A DNA stretch of 59,173 nucleotides, filler included. It is 4 parts of 4 records of this genome, joined end to end, with 100 filler letters (N's around TTAATTAATTAA, not from the genome) between each part and the next. Parts side by side here need not be neighbours in the genome. Positions count along the whole stretch, not along the records: positions 1 to 17,026 come from SRR31147125_7124; positions 17,127 to 34,525 come from SRR31147125_7125; 2 more parts are not named here. One strand, given 5' to 3'. Numbering within the stretch: the stretch's first letter is position 1; every line of letters starts with the position of its first letter. A model generated the notes under the pieces. That model made no database searches and was not told the DNA's origin. It worked only from the letters and a program-made list of their open reading frames with translations. The position numbers were made by a program, and so were the translations under genes. Below, in pieces: positions 9,910 to 19,596 of the stretch.

Positions 9910-11154
9910 TTAACAACATCCATTAACTGCCCGAAACATGGCGACAATATTCTCAGGTGGAACGTTAGCCATAATGTTATGCACTTGCTGAAATACAAAA
10001 CCCCCTCTTTGATTCATAATATTTATCTGCTGTTTCACATGCTTTTCCACCTGCTCCGGAGAGGCATTTCCCAGGATATCCCGGGTATCGCACCCGCCTC
10101 CCCAAAAAGTCACTTTATTTCCATACTCTTGTTTTAATTCCGTTGAATTCATTCCTTCTGACGTTATCTGAACAGGATTGAAAGCGTCCATTCCAGCGTC
10201 AATCAGGTCATCAAGTATAGGCCGGATACCGCCGCAGCTATGGAGTTGTACTTTGACATTTGCTAATTCTTTGGTACGACGCCATAGCCTGGCATGATAC
10301 GGTTTATAATACTTGCGATACATCTCGGGTGAAAACAGCGGCCCATTTTGCCCTCCAAGGTCCTCACCACCGAACAGAACAATATCAATATATGGACCAA
10401 CAGCTCCAAGCCACTTTTCCAGATTATCAAGATACATGGATGTCAACTTTTCTGAAAGACGGTGTATGGCATCCGGATATAGCGCCATATACATCAGATA
10501 ATTTTCATTACGATGCAAGTACTGAGGTACCTCAAAAATACTTCCACCAAATAATCCGATGATAGCTCTGTCCGTTGAGAGCCGTAACTTTTGCGCTTTT
10601 TTCGCCATCTCAGCCAAACCCTCTTCTGTGAGTGACAGATGCGCTCCGGGGTGGACGACTTTAGTCCACATACAATTGTCAAAGTGTTCTTCTAAATCTT
10701 CAAAATCATTACATTCAAATTCAGAATCAGCCATTGGATAATGAGTCTGTTCAAAATAGAGACATCCCTGTTTTTGTACACCTAATTCAAAACCATTATC
10801 ATTCAGCAGGAACCAATCTGCACCTCTTTTTTCCATATGAATGTAATACGGGATCTGGCAGGGCGTGCCATCAGGTAAAATCCAGTCCTGCCAATCCCTA
10901 TCGTCTGTTAAAAAACCGCGTCCCATCTCTATGGTGTCGACGCCGAACAAATCAAGAATATCATTATCAACAATGGCCAATTGTTGAATAACATCGTAGA
11001 CGCGAATGGGCTTTTGCGGCATATTAAGATATTGTCTCAATTTTGCATAGGCAATTGCAGATATACCGGACGACCTGTGACCGGAAAAATCAACAGGAAC
11101 ACGATCAGATTGTTGGTGTTCCATTGCAGATAATATTCGTTCTCTGGAATTCAT
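9910..11154 (-). CDS. URO-D/MtaA-CmuA superfamily protein #5
   Basis: MNSRERILSAMEHQQSDRVPVD, GEDLGGQ, LHSCG, FNPVQ, FWGGGCDT and FVFQQVHNI motifs. Confidence 0.9.
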   Translation of the reverse strand: MNSRERILSAMEHQQSDRVPVDFSGHRSSGISAIAYAKLRQYLNMPQKPIRVYDVIQQLAIVDNDILDLFGVDTIEMGRGFLTDDRDWQDWILPDGTPCQIPYYIHMEKRGADWFLLNDNGFELGVQKQGCLYFEQTHYPMADSEFECNDFEDLEEHFDNCMWTKVVHPGAHLSLTEEGLAEMAKKAQKLRLSTDRAIIGLFGGSIFEVPQYLHRNENYLMYMALYPDAIHRLSEKLTSMYLDNLEKWLGAVGPYIDIVLFGGEDLGGQNGPLFSPEMYRKYYKPYHARLWRRTKELANVKVQLHSCGGIRPILDDLIDAGMDAFNPVQITSEGMNSTELKQEYGNKVTFWGGGCDTRDILGNASPEQVEKHVKQQINIMNQRGGFVFQQVHNIMANVPPENIVAMFRAVNGCC

Positions 11155-11362
11155 ATTTTTAATCCCTTAACATTAAAATCGAGACATCATTAAACCAAAT
11201 GCATTTTTTTATCGAACTTTCAAGACACAATAGTTTTTGAATTGACCATTTTCATGAACTATAATTTAGCAGTATTGATATTTTAAACAAATTGAAAAAT
11301 ATCATTTATCAAGCTATACGATTTTTTCTGACAGAACTGATTTTCCCAAAGAGCGAGGTAAA

Positions 11363-13645
11363 TCATTCAGAAATATCTGTACTAAAATCAAGTATCCTAT
11401 CAGGATCTATCACACTGAGATACATCCCCCAACCACCGCCTATCTGATCCACCTTTACCAGCACTTTATTCCAGCCTTTTTTCAGCGTCACGTTCAACAT
11501 ATCCGTATTGGGCGTGGCTTTTCGTAAAACGATTTTGTTATGAATAATTTTGTCATTCAAATAAACACGAACACCATCATTGCTACCTATTCCCAGCTGA
11601 GTTGAAATCTCTTTTGGCGACTTTATATAACACAGTCCATAGGCAACACCGAGACTATCGGGATCAAAAGCTTTGGTGAAATCAACATACAAGCCGTCAT
11701 TCTCAGTCCAATCCTGCCAGGCGACTTTTACCCCACCCACGCCACGATATGCTTTGCTGTAATCGATCTCACTTTCAGGAGGCTGAATCGTTTTTAATAA
11801 TTCTGCTTTTGGCGCCTCAAATGGACCGATAATTTTCAGGTGACGAACAAACCGGCAATCGGAGGACAAGGTTTGCAAAAACGAGGTCATTTTTGAACGC
11901 TCGGATTGGTAAATAATGCCATTTTTTGCCACAAGCTCGTTAAATATAGCCAGCATCTCCTGATCCACAGATACCTGATTCTGAATTTGATCCTGTCCCT
12001 GAAACCAGAGGTCAGCATAGTAAACAGGCAGATGTGCCTTTTGTACCCTGGACAGAATTTCCGGATCTTTTGCTACCATTTTTTCAGCTTTTTCAAAATA
12101 ACCGTGTGCCTTTGTGAAAAACTCTGGCGTCAGATAACCTCCGTCATCAGGATTTGAAAATAGATTGAAATGAATATCCGAATTTTTGACGAGATTGTGC
12201 ATCATATCAAAATAATCCCGCATCGGACCTGCTGCTTTTCCGTAAACACCTTGAAAAAAATCATCGATAACCTCATCCACGTTAACTGAAGGATTCCACA
12301 GCATTTTTGCCAGCACGTATGAGCGCAGTTCTGCATTTTCAGCTCCACCACCTTGAGGTGATCCTCCCTGACAAAACACTCCGGATATACCTTCTTTATA
12401 ATAGAAAGGAATGTCTTTGCGAATTGCATTAAAATTAGGAAAAGGCACCAAATAATGGCTAAAATCGGTAACATAATGCCAGACATACATCTTGCCGCCT
12501 TTTTTTCGCCAGGCACGCAAGTGCTTGACATAATCGGCATTCTTCTCGCATTCGGTCAAGGGATGCGCATCACAGGATGGCTGCATATGGCAAAGTCGAA
12601 TAATGACATTATCCCTGACTTTGAGTGTTTTTGGTGGTTTTTGCGTATACGTATATGCAAATGTATCGAATAGCTTGTCCGGATATTTTTCACCCAAGGC
12701 CTCAGCAATGGCATTGACAAACGTCACGACTGTGGCAGAATGGCTGCCCTCTTTTTCATCCAGCGCCTTGCACTTGTCACATTCACACCAGTCTTCCCAG
12801 TCATTTTGCGTGATCGAAATAATCTTTGCATCCGGTTCTTCTTTGATCCATTTTTCAATTTCTTTTATGGCCACCTTTAAAACATCAGGATTGCTGAGAC
12901 ATATCTGACCCCGGTTATTCACCCGCTTTCCATTGACCAGGGAGAAATATTCCGGATACTTTTTGAAATACTTTTCCGGTGGTACCAGAGCATAAAAAGT
13001 ATGGCCCAGGTATCCTTTGGCATATTTTACTTTACCACCAACCTCCGGAGGTAAATCAGCCCCATAGCCATTTATCTTATTATGAGTGGCCCATGTACGA
13101 TCAAATGCCTCGGTAAAAAAGGTCATTCGATATTCAAAGGCGGGTTTCTGCCAATCATTGATCGCAGGAACAGAAAGTATTTTCTGTTCAGGAATCCTGA
13201 AAACGTCAGAGGTGTACCAGCGACAGTCAGCATATTTTTCCAAAAAGGTAAAAACGCCATACATGGTACCACGCTTTTGTCCACCAATAATAAATAAATC
13301 CTCACCAATCGTTCGAATGAGAAACTCTTCATCTCCCAGGGATGTGATATCCACATCGTTTATCATCTGATCTGTTAATTTATTCTGGCCGATAAAGATT
13401 CTATGTGCCGCAGGTGTCTTTGCATCGGTAACAAGTGGTAAAACGCATCCACTCATTTTATTCACGGTTTGTTGAAATTCTTCAGCCGCATATCGTTCGG
13501 ATGGCGATGCGGATTCGGATAGAACAATGGTGTAATCACTTTTTCCATTTTCAACGATTATTATCTTTGCTTTTTGCATGCATGAGAAAGAGAAAAATAA
13601 CAAGAACATCAGCCAAACAGCAATCGTCTTTTTAAAAAAAGTCAT
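11363..13645 (-). CDS. DUF4838-domain lipoprotein (GH67N-like N-terminal domain; C-terminal PA14-like beta-sandwich)
   Basis: Signal with FSFSC lipobox; EEFLIRT..IIGG..RGTMYGVFTFLE; GHTF, QICLSNP, WCECDKC, FAYTYT; C-terminal GIGSNDGVRVYLN..LKKGWNKVLVKV. Confidence 0.8.
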   Translation of the reverse strand: MTFFKKTIAVWLMFLLFFSFSCMQKAKIIIVENGKSDYTIVLSESASPSERYAAEEFQQTVNKMSGCVLPLVTDAKTPAAHRIFIGQNKLTDQMINDVDITSLGDEEFLIRTIGEDLFIIGGQKRGTMYGVFTFLEKYADCRWYTSDVFRIPEQKILSVPAINDWQKPAFEYRMTFFTEAFDRTWATHNKINGYGADLPPEVGGKVKYAKGYLGHTFYALVPPEKYFKKYPEYFSLVNGKRVNNRGQICLSNPDVLKVAIKEIEKWIKEEPDAKIISITQNDWEDWCECDKCKALDEKEGSHSATVVTFVNAIAEALGEKYPDKLFDTFAYTYTQKPPKTLKVRDNVIIRLCHMQPSCDAHPLTECEKNADYVKHLRAWRKKGGKMYVWHYVTDFSHYLVPFPNFNAIRKDIPFYYKEGISGVFCQGGSPQGGGAENAELRSYVLAKMLWNPSVNVDEVIDDFFQGVYGKAAGPMRDYFDMMHNLVKNSDIHFNLFSNPDDGGYLTPEFFTKAHGYFEKAEKMVAKDPEILSRVQKAHLPVYYADLWFQGQDQIQNQVSVDQEMLAIFNELVAKNGIIYQSERSKMTSFLQTLSSDCRFVRHLKIIGPFEAPKAELLKTIQPPESEIDYSKAYRGVGGVKVAWQDWTENDGLYVDFTKAFDPDSLGVAYGLCYIKSPKEISTQLGIGSNDGVRVYLNDKIIHNKIVLRKATPNTDMLNVTLKKGWNKVLVKVDQIGGGWGMYLSVIDPDRILDFSTDISE

Positions 13646-13658
13646 ATCACTATCCTTA

Positions 13659-14891
13659 TTATTTAGAATCCGGGTTTGTTAATTCATAGATATGCACATC
13701 AAATGGTTTGTAATCGTCTGTCAATTCGCCTTTTTCAATGGTTGCAGTTCGATTTTCCTTCAATACCGTGGCACTCTTGAATTGACTCAGGCCACTAAGA
13801 GTTACTTTAACAGGATATCGGTCTGCGTTGGCGGTAATCAAATAAGTTTTGCCGTCCACTTGTTTTGCCAAAATCTCAACACCTGCATCTACGGAATAAC
13901 CCAATTCATGATATTGCTTGTTAATTTTCAGATCCATTTTACGGGCAGCCAAAACCGGTTGCATATCACTTAATTCCCTTGTCACTTTTTTAAAGCCAGG
14001 CCAAAAGGAAGCATTCGCAGGTGTATAATGAGTTCCCCAGTAAACAATGCCATTGGCGCCATGAATAACAGCATTATAGGCCATGAATCGGGATTCCTCA
14101 TAGGAGGGATATTGTACCATTTTGGGATCACGATCATTTTCCTTTCTTAGCATCTCCCAGGAAAAGCCCTGCAAAACCATAAACAAGGGTTTGGAAGGAC
14201 CTCCGACTTTTCTCATCTTGTCCGTATACTCGCCCACCTGACTAATATAGGGATTCAGCAAGTCTCCCTGCAGCCCATCCGGGTATAATGCATAAGATAC
14301 ACGTATCCCATGGGGAATCACAGGATAAACATCACAGGCGATAATATCTGTGGATGGATTATATTTCTGCATCGTGGAAACGAGATTTACAGGCGCGTGA
14401 TTGGTATAAACCAGGTGTTCAGGATCTTGTTCTTTTATCAATTTGTACGTCTCAATCAATGGCTCAGGTTTGACCCGTGCTTTTGCTGAATTCCATGTGA
14501 AAGCCGGTTCATCCTGCATTTCCCAGCACAGTAGAGATGGATGATCTTTAAATTTTTGAATGTTTTGTATCAGGCGTTCATGACTTTCCTCGCGTTTATC
14601 CGGATTTAGGGAGCCTATTGAAACCCAGGTGTACAGGTCATGCGCGTAAGCGGCATCCATTTTTTCCTTATCAGCTCCTGTTCGCACATAATTATATCCA
14701 TCTTGTTGCAGCTCAAGCCAGGGATTATCACTTTTTGGAGCATAATAACTACCAATAATGAACGTTCTCTCACCATGGACAACCAGCATACCATCATTAT
14801 CAAATGTAAATTTTTTCATTTCTTTCTGCGGCTGACTACAAGCCGACAAAAAAAGGACCACAGTCATAATTCCAAACAACACTTTACGCAT
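13659..14891 (-). CDS. Lipoprotein with putative glycoside-hydrolase-like TIM barrel (family unassigned)
   Basis: Start MRKVLFG at 14891 follows a GGAGG RBS; LSAC lipobox; HPSLLCWEMQDEP, IIACDVYP and VIHGANGIVYWG motifs. The ORF track starts 12 nt earlier. Confidence 0.6.
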   Translation of the reverse strand: MRKVLFGIMTVVLFLSACSQPQKEMKKFTFDNDGMLVVHGERTFIIGSYYAPKSDNPWLELQQDGYNYVRTGADKEKMDAAYAHDLYTWVSIGSLNPDKREESHERLIQNIQKFKDHPSLLCWEMQDEPAFTWNSAKARVKPEPLIETYKLIKEQDPEHLVYTNHAPVNLVSTMQKYNPSTDIIACDVYPVIPHGIRVSYALYPDGLQGDLLNPYISQVGEYTDKMRKVGGPSKPLFMVLQGFSWEMLRKENDRDPKMVQYPSYEESRFMAYNAVIHGANGIVYWGTHYTPANASFWPGFKKVTRELSDMQPVLAARKMDLKINKQYHELGYSVDAGVEILAKQVDGKTYLITANADRYPVKVTLSGLSQFKSATVLKENRTATIEKGELTDDYKPFDVHIYELTNPDSK

Positions 14892-14956
14892 AACACCCTC
14901 CATTTTTTAAAAGTACCTTTGTTTATAGCTATTCAAATTATCACAACGAAAAGATT

Positions 14957-17026
14957 TTATATCCGAAACAGATATGACATTTTGCCAAAAATCATATAAT
15001 TCTCACGTGAAAAATCTCCACCTGACTGATCACGTAATTCTTTATAGGATACATAAAATGTTGAACCAGCGTGAAATTCATAACCAACTAAAAAATCCAT
15101 CATGTGTGAGTTGCCGTCTATATCCACATTCTGAATAATTCTCGAGTATAATTTCCTGGTAATCTGGTAATGCAAGGAGTTGTAAAAAAATAAATTGTCA
15201 TAAATTACCGCACCACTCTCTTGAAGTTTTTGATGATACCAGTTGGCTGTATTTTTAAACATAATATTTGGCTTTGGCTGAAAGGTAAAGCCACACCCTA
15301 TATTCTGATCCATACCAGCTGCCTGGTCCTGGTAATCATTTATATAGATACCTCCCCCATCACTAAATGAATAACTCAGGTTACCATCAAATATGGATCC
15401 GGTGTTACTGGACAAACTCATGCTCATACTATTACTCTGGAATGTATTCGGATTCCATATTAAACTATTTTTTTTCCGAATTTCCGCTCTGGCAGTTCTA
15501 TTGGTAAAAGAAAGACTGGCATTGATTTTACGTATCAGGCCACATGAAGCATTCACTCCCCAGCTTTTTCCAATATCCAAACCAGCATAGGACCGCGAAT
15601 AATTACCGGAGGAGGTTATGGACAAGGTCTCAATGCCCAATTCAGGAATGTGCCACTTGTACCCCACGTAAAAATTGGGATTTCTATAACCTTTTTGACC
15701 AATAATTCCGGTTTTCGGATCATAACCAGGAGCAATGTCCAGGTAGGTCATATTATAGGTAAAGCCCTCAATCGGTGCGTGAGAGTGGTTGACATAAAAA
15801 AGCGTATTCTCTTTATTATCTGTTGCAGAATTAAAGGTCGAGGAAAATTGAAATTGTAGATGATCCACAGCATCTCTATGAAATTGACCATCAATCGAGA
15901 TATTCCGGTTATACATCACACCATCTTCAATTCCTGAAACCATAAAACCAATTTTAGATGTTTTCAGGATATCTCTTTGTATACGTTCTGTATGTATCAA
16001 ACGGTCTCCACTTTGGTCAGGATTATCCCAGGCATTGATTACACCAATATTCCATGGTCCCTCTTTTCCTGTCAATTTCAGCATGGTTTGCGGATTTTGT
16101 ATCCGCCGACTGTAAAAGAGTGTATAAGGAAGAGAAAAGGTGGCGCCCCCTTCATTAAAAAATGGACGATTTTCAGATAATTGATATTCATAGGGACTGA
16201 AATTAACAAAAAAGGGATCGGATTCCACCTGTGAAAAATCAGGAGCAAATGATGCGTCAAGTGTCAAATTCGTTGCCAAACCAAATTTCGCGTCCAATCC
16301 AAGTGCGGCTTCTTTTTCTTCAAAATCTCTACCTATGGAATGTTTACCGGCACTATAGGGTAAAAACTCGATATTATGTCCTCTCGGCAGGTTTTTTAAA
16401 CCTTTTGCCAAATGAAACATGCTATTATAATCTTCATTATAACGACAATCCAGATAGTTGATCGTCTCTCCTTTTCTGTACACATTACGGCCCAGCTCAT
16501 AACCCCATTCCTGTTCTTTTTCATCCGGGAAACGTAAGGATTTAAAAGGTATCGCCATCTCACCTGTCCATCCCAGACTGTCAATGACCGCACCCGAATA
16601 CCAGATCGTATCAAAAGAATTTTTCTGTACCCCTAGTGGATTGATCTGAAATAAATATTGATCCCGTTTACTGTCATACGTATCCAGGTAAATAAAGACA
16701 TAGTCATTATTCACCCACTGATTACGTGGGGTCAGGGTAGCACGAATTTTGGATGGATCGGAATCATAGCATCGATAGGCCACGTATATATTATTTTTAT
16801 CATAGTATAAATAAGCTATTGTTTTTTCAGTAGGTGTCGCACCGTTTAAAGGAGTATATTGATAAAATTCATCTATACGTATGGCCTCTTTCCACACAGG
16901 ATCATCCAGTTTACCATCAATTTTCACGGATTCAGATATAAAGGGAATCTCATCTTCACCTCTGACAAAGACACGTCCGGATTTTGCTTGTACATTATCA
17001 CATATTATCACAATCAGTATAAAAAA
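14957..17026 (-). CDS. CBM9-like/DUF5916 outer-membrane protein (5'-truncated at contig end)
   Basis: IDGKLDDPVW, YDKNNIYVAYRCYD, EMAIPFKSLRF, PDFSQVESD and ENRPFFNEG motifs; C-terminal beta-barrel ending KMSYLFRI. Confidence 0.85.
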   Translation of the reverse strand, partial: FFILIVIICDNVQAKSGRVFVRGEDEIPFISESVKIDGKLDDPVWKEAIRIDEFYQYTPLNGATPTEKTIAYLYYDKNNIYVAYRCYDSDPSKIRATLTPRNQWVNNDYVFIYLDTYDSKRDQYLFQINPLGVQKNSFDTIWYSGAVIDSLGWTGEMAIPFKSLRFPDEKEQEWGYELGRNVYRKGETINYLDCRYNEDYNSMFHLAKGLKNLPRGHNIEFLPYSAGKHSIGRDFEEKEAALGLDAKFGLATNLTLDASFAPDFSQVESDPFFVNFSPYEYQLSENRPFFNEGGATFSLPYTLFYSRRIQNPQTMLKLTGKEGPWNIGVINAWDNPDQSGDRLIHTERIQRDILKTSKIGFMVSGIEDGVMYNRNISIDGQFHRDAVDHLQFQFSSTFNSATDNKENTLFYVNHSHAPIEGFTYNMTYLDIAPGYDPKTGIIGQKGYRNPNFYVGYKWHIPELGIETLSITSSGNYSRSYAGLDIGKSWGVNASCGLIRKINASLSFTNRTARAEIRKKNSLIWNPNTFQSNSMSMSLSSNTGSIFDGNLSYSFSDGGGIYINDYQDQAAGMDQNIGCGFTFQPKPNIMFKNTANWYHQKLQESGAVIYDNLFFYNSLHYQITRKLYSRIIQNVDIDGNSHMMDFLVGYEFHAGSTFYVSYKELRDQSGGDFSRENYMIFGKMSYLFRI

Positions 17027-17126
17027 NNNNNNNNNNNNNNNNNNNNNNNNNNNNNNNNNNNNNNNNNNNNTTAATTAATTAANNNNNNNNNNNNNNNNNN
17101 NNNNNNNNNNNNNNNNNNNNNNNNNN
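17027..17126. other. Artificial contig linker (N44-TTAATTAATTAA-N44)
   Basis: Spacer with stops in all six frames, flanked by N runs; genes on both sides are truncated. Confidence 0.98.
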
Positions 17127-18355
17127 CCGGAACTATTTGTTTTGTACTGATCGATAGCTGTGAGGTAATTAAAAAGTAGGCTTTCGTATTTTTCGGGGTT
17201 TAACTTCCACGCATTTTTTAGAGCCCTAAGCATGTGAGCTGCCGGCCAAACAAAACTTGTTCCTTGCAAGAACTGTGACTCGGCATTTATTGATTCGGCA
17301 TACAGGCCATTGCTCTTGTTGTAAAATTCATCATGAATTTGATCTAAAAGCTTTTCACCGTAGTATTGATGTTTATTCTTGTATAAATCAACACCTACTT
17401 TCGCCAATATTCCTGAGCCATCTGCCGTAGTTGCTGAAATAAAAATTGTATCGTTTTGATAATTTGTTGTTTGTGCTTCGTAAATAACGTAAGCAGAATA
17501 ATCGTCAAATTTGCTAAAGGTAATTTCGCCTGTAGCAACATCCTCCAATAGTGCCCAATCAGCAATAACTTCGCCAGAAACGCTGACTAAAACTGAATCT
17601 TTCCCCTGAGCCAATATCTTGAGTGATCCATTAACCTGAGCAACATTTTTTGAAACCCATGATGTTCCAGTTCCAATCGCACGGTTAAACTGACCTGTTA
17701 GATCTGCAGCTGTGTTGCCCTGTCCTTCATTTAATAACCAGTTTGTAACTAATCCGTTCTCATCTCCAACTAACTGAATGTCCTTGTTAGCACCAATCTC
17801 TTCTCCGCTTCTCGCTACATCCCAAATCCTAAAATCAGATAATTTCCCGTCCAATTTACGACCTTGCCACATTGAACCTTCACCCATAAAGAGATTGCTT
17901 CCTGATCGAAGCATTGGTTTGGATAAAGTTTCTTCCTTAACCAGAATGCCATCTATATATAGTTTCACCAGTTTCTCTGAATCGAGACTTACAGCAACGT
18001 GCTGCCATTGTTTAAGTTTAATCGAATTTTCGGGAGATACAACAGCTTCCCATTCTCCGGTCCCAACATTCATTTCTAACTGACCATTCGACGTAAAGCG
18101 AAAGGCAAACCCAACAGATCCTGAAGCATCATTCCATGATTCGTTAGACATGATATAATTACCTGACCAACTATCAATAAACAACCAGGTTTCAATGGTG
18201 AATTCATTTAGTGAATAATCATCAAAACTTCCACAATCAACAAAACTTTCAGCTTGAGACGAATCAAATTTCAACACCCACTCCTGCCCCTCTGATTTAG
18301 CAGAAAACGAAATAAGCAATAGAGTGACTACTGAGAATAGTAAAGATCTTTTCAT
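17127..18355 (-). CDS. Secreted LamG/concanavalin-like domain protein fused to the start of a GH76-like domain (3'-truncated)
   Basis: Signal peptide; FTIETW..WQHVAV..LYIDG..DGKLSDFRIWDVARS (LamG); then EFYNKSNGLYAE..SFVWPAAHMLRAL, which resembles the first GH76 helix. Confidence 0.7.
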
Positions 18356-18404
18356 TGAAATACGTTTAGAATTGTTTAGGTTCGAATGGCAATTAGGTTA
18401 ATTA

Positions 18405-19519
18405 TTATTCATCAAGCAAAGCCATCGCTTCAATCAACATAGCTCCACTTGTTTGTGTCGTTAATTCAGTTGTAGATCCTGGTTTGTTTTTCCAGTAAGA
18501 GCCATAAATAACCAATTGCTTATTTGTACCTTCTTTCCAAAGTGTTTCAGCATTGTGCTTAAAAGAAGATAGCGTTTTTTAATTGCAGCGTCCAAATCAG
18601 GGTGTTGGATTAGTTGAGTAAAATAACGAATAAAAACACCTTTAAATAAACCGCCATCCCCATCGCCTTCGCTTTGTAATATGCGATCGCTGCTATTTAC
18701 CAAACTATTTAAAGTATAATCAGCAGCTTTTATGGCATCGTTCAAATATCCTCTTTCTCCAGTAATTTTATAAAGCTCAAGCGCAGAACCTAAAAAAGTT
18801 CCTTCGTTATAAGTAAAAATCCAGTCGGTGTTTGTCTCTCCGGTACGACTATTAATATTGTCATAAACAGCTCCGTTAGCGGGATTATAAAGAACTTCTT
18901 TTTCCCAATCGTAAATTTTTAAAGCCCACTCTTTGTCTGAATTATCACCAAATTGTTGATATAAACGTGCAGCAAGAATACAGGCAGGTCCATTTGAACA
19001 TGCATTTTTGCTGTAAGGTTGATCTTTCTTCCATGCAATTCCACCTCCTGCATTATCGTTCCAACCCGTTTTTATATCATTCCAAACGTTTATGGCTGAA
19101 TTCTTATATCTTTCCTCTCCAACAGCATTGTATGCTCTTAGCATTGCCAAAGCAATCCACTCCATATCATCGTAGTAAACATTATAAAAGGAGTTTCCGT
19201 TTTTCATCTTTACTCCTTCGTACCAATCTTCAATTGTTGTTTTGTACAAATTGTTATTGGTTCTGTTATATGCATCAATCACAACATCCAAAGCATGCGC
19301 CTGAGGCCAGTAGTGAAACGTTTTGTTTTGATTATTATCGTAATTAAAATAACTATCAGCTGTATTCCAGAAATTATATATAAAATTAGAACTACTACTA
19401 TCTGCCGCCGATTGCCAATCTACTAGCACATCATTTTCTGTATCAATAGTGTATTCATCCTTTTCGCATGAAAAAAGAAACAGTACAATTAAGAAGAAAA
19501 AATAAAAAGACCTACCCAT
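18405..19519 (-). CDS. GH76 endo-alpha-1,6-mannanase-like lipoprotein (frameshift near 18561)
   Basis: FHYWPQAHALD, YYDDMEW (catalytic DD), KNACSNGP, FTYNEG and DGGLFKG motifs. The alternate frame continues KHNAETLW...TQTSGAMLIEAMALLDE to a stop at 18405. Confidence 0.9.
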
Positions 19520-19543
19520 AGTTTATCTACCTCATCATTGTTT

Positions 19544-19575
19544 ATATAGGGACAAACAAATGTTTGCCCCTATAT
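19544..19575. terminator. Intergenic stem-loop between susE-like and GH76 genes (terminator or mRNA-stabilising hairpin)
   Basis: ATATAGGGACAAACA-aa-TGTTTGCCCCTATAT near-perfect inverted repeat. Confidence 0.5.
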
Positions 19576-19596
19576 TATACAACTAGTTTATATTAT

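Noticed and set aside
2558-11154. Haem biosynthesis (hemE) annotation for the URO-D-like genes
   Set aside because: There is no RQAGR substrate-binding motif and no other hem genes, and the context is transport and catabolism.
11242-11263. TTGACC...TATAAT apparent sigma70 promoter on the + strand
   Set aside because: The spacer is only about 12 bp and the orientation is opposite to the neighbouring genes.
17071-17082. TTAATTAATTAA palindrome repeated three times in the window
   Set aside because: It is always centred in N-runs, so it is a synthetic six-frame-stop spacer rather than a biological repeat or att site.
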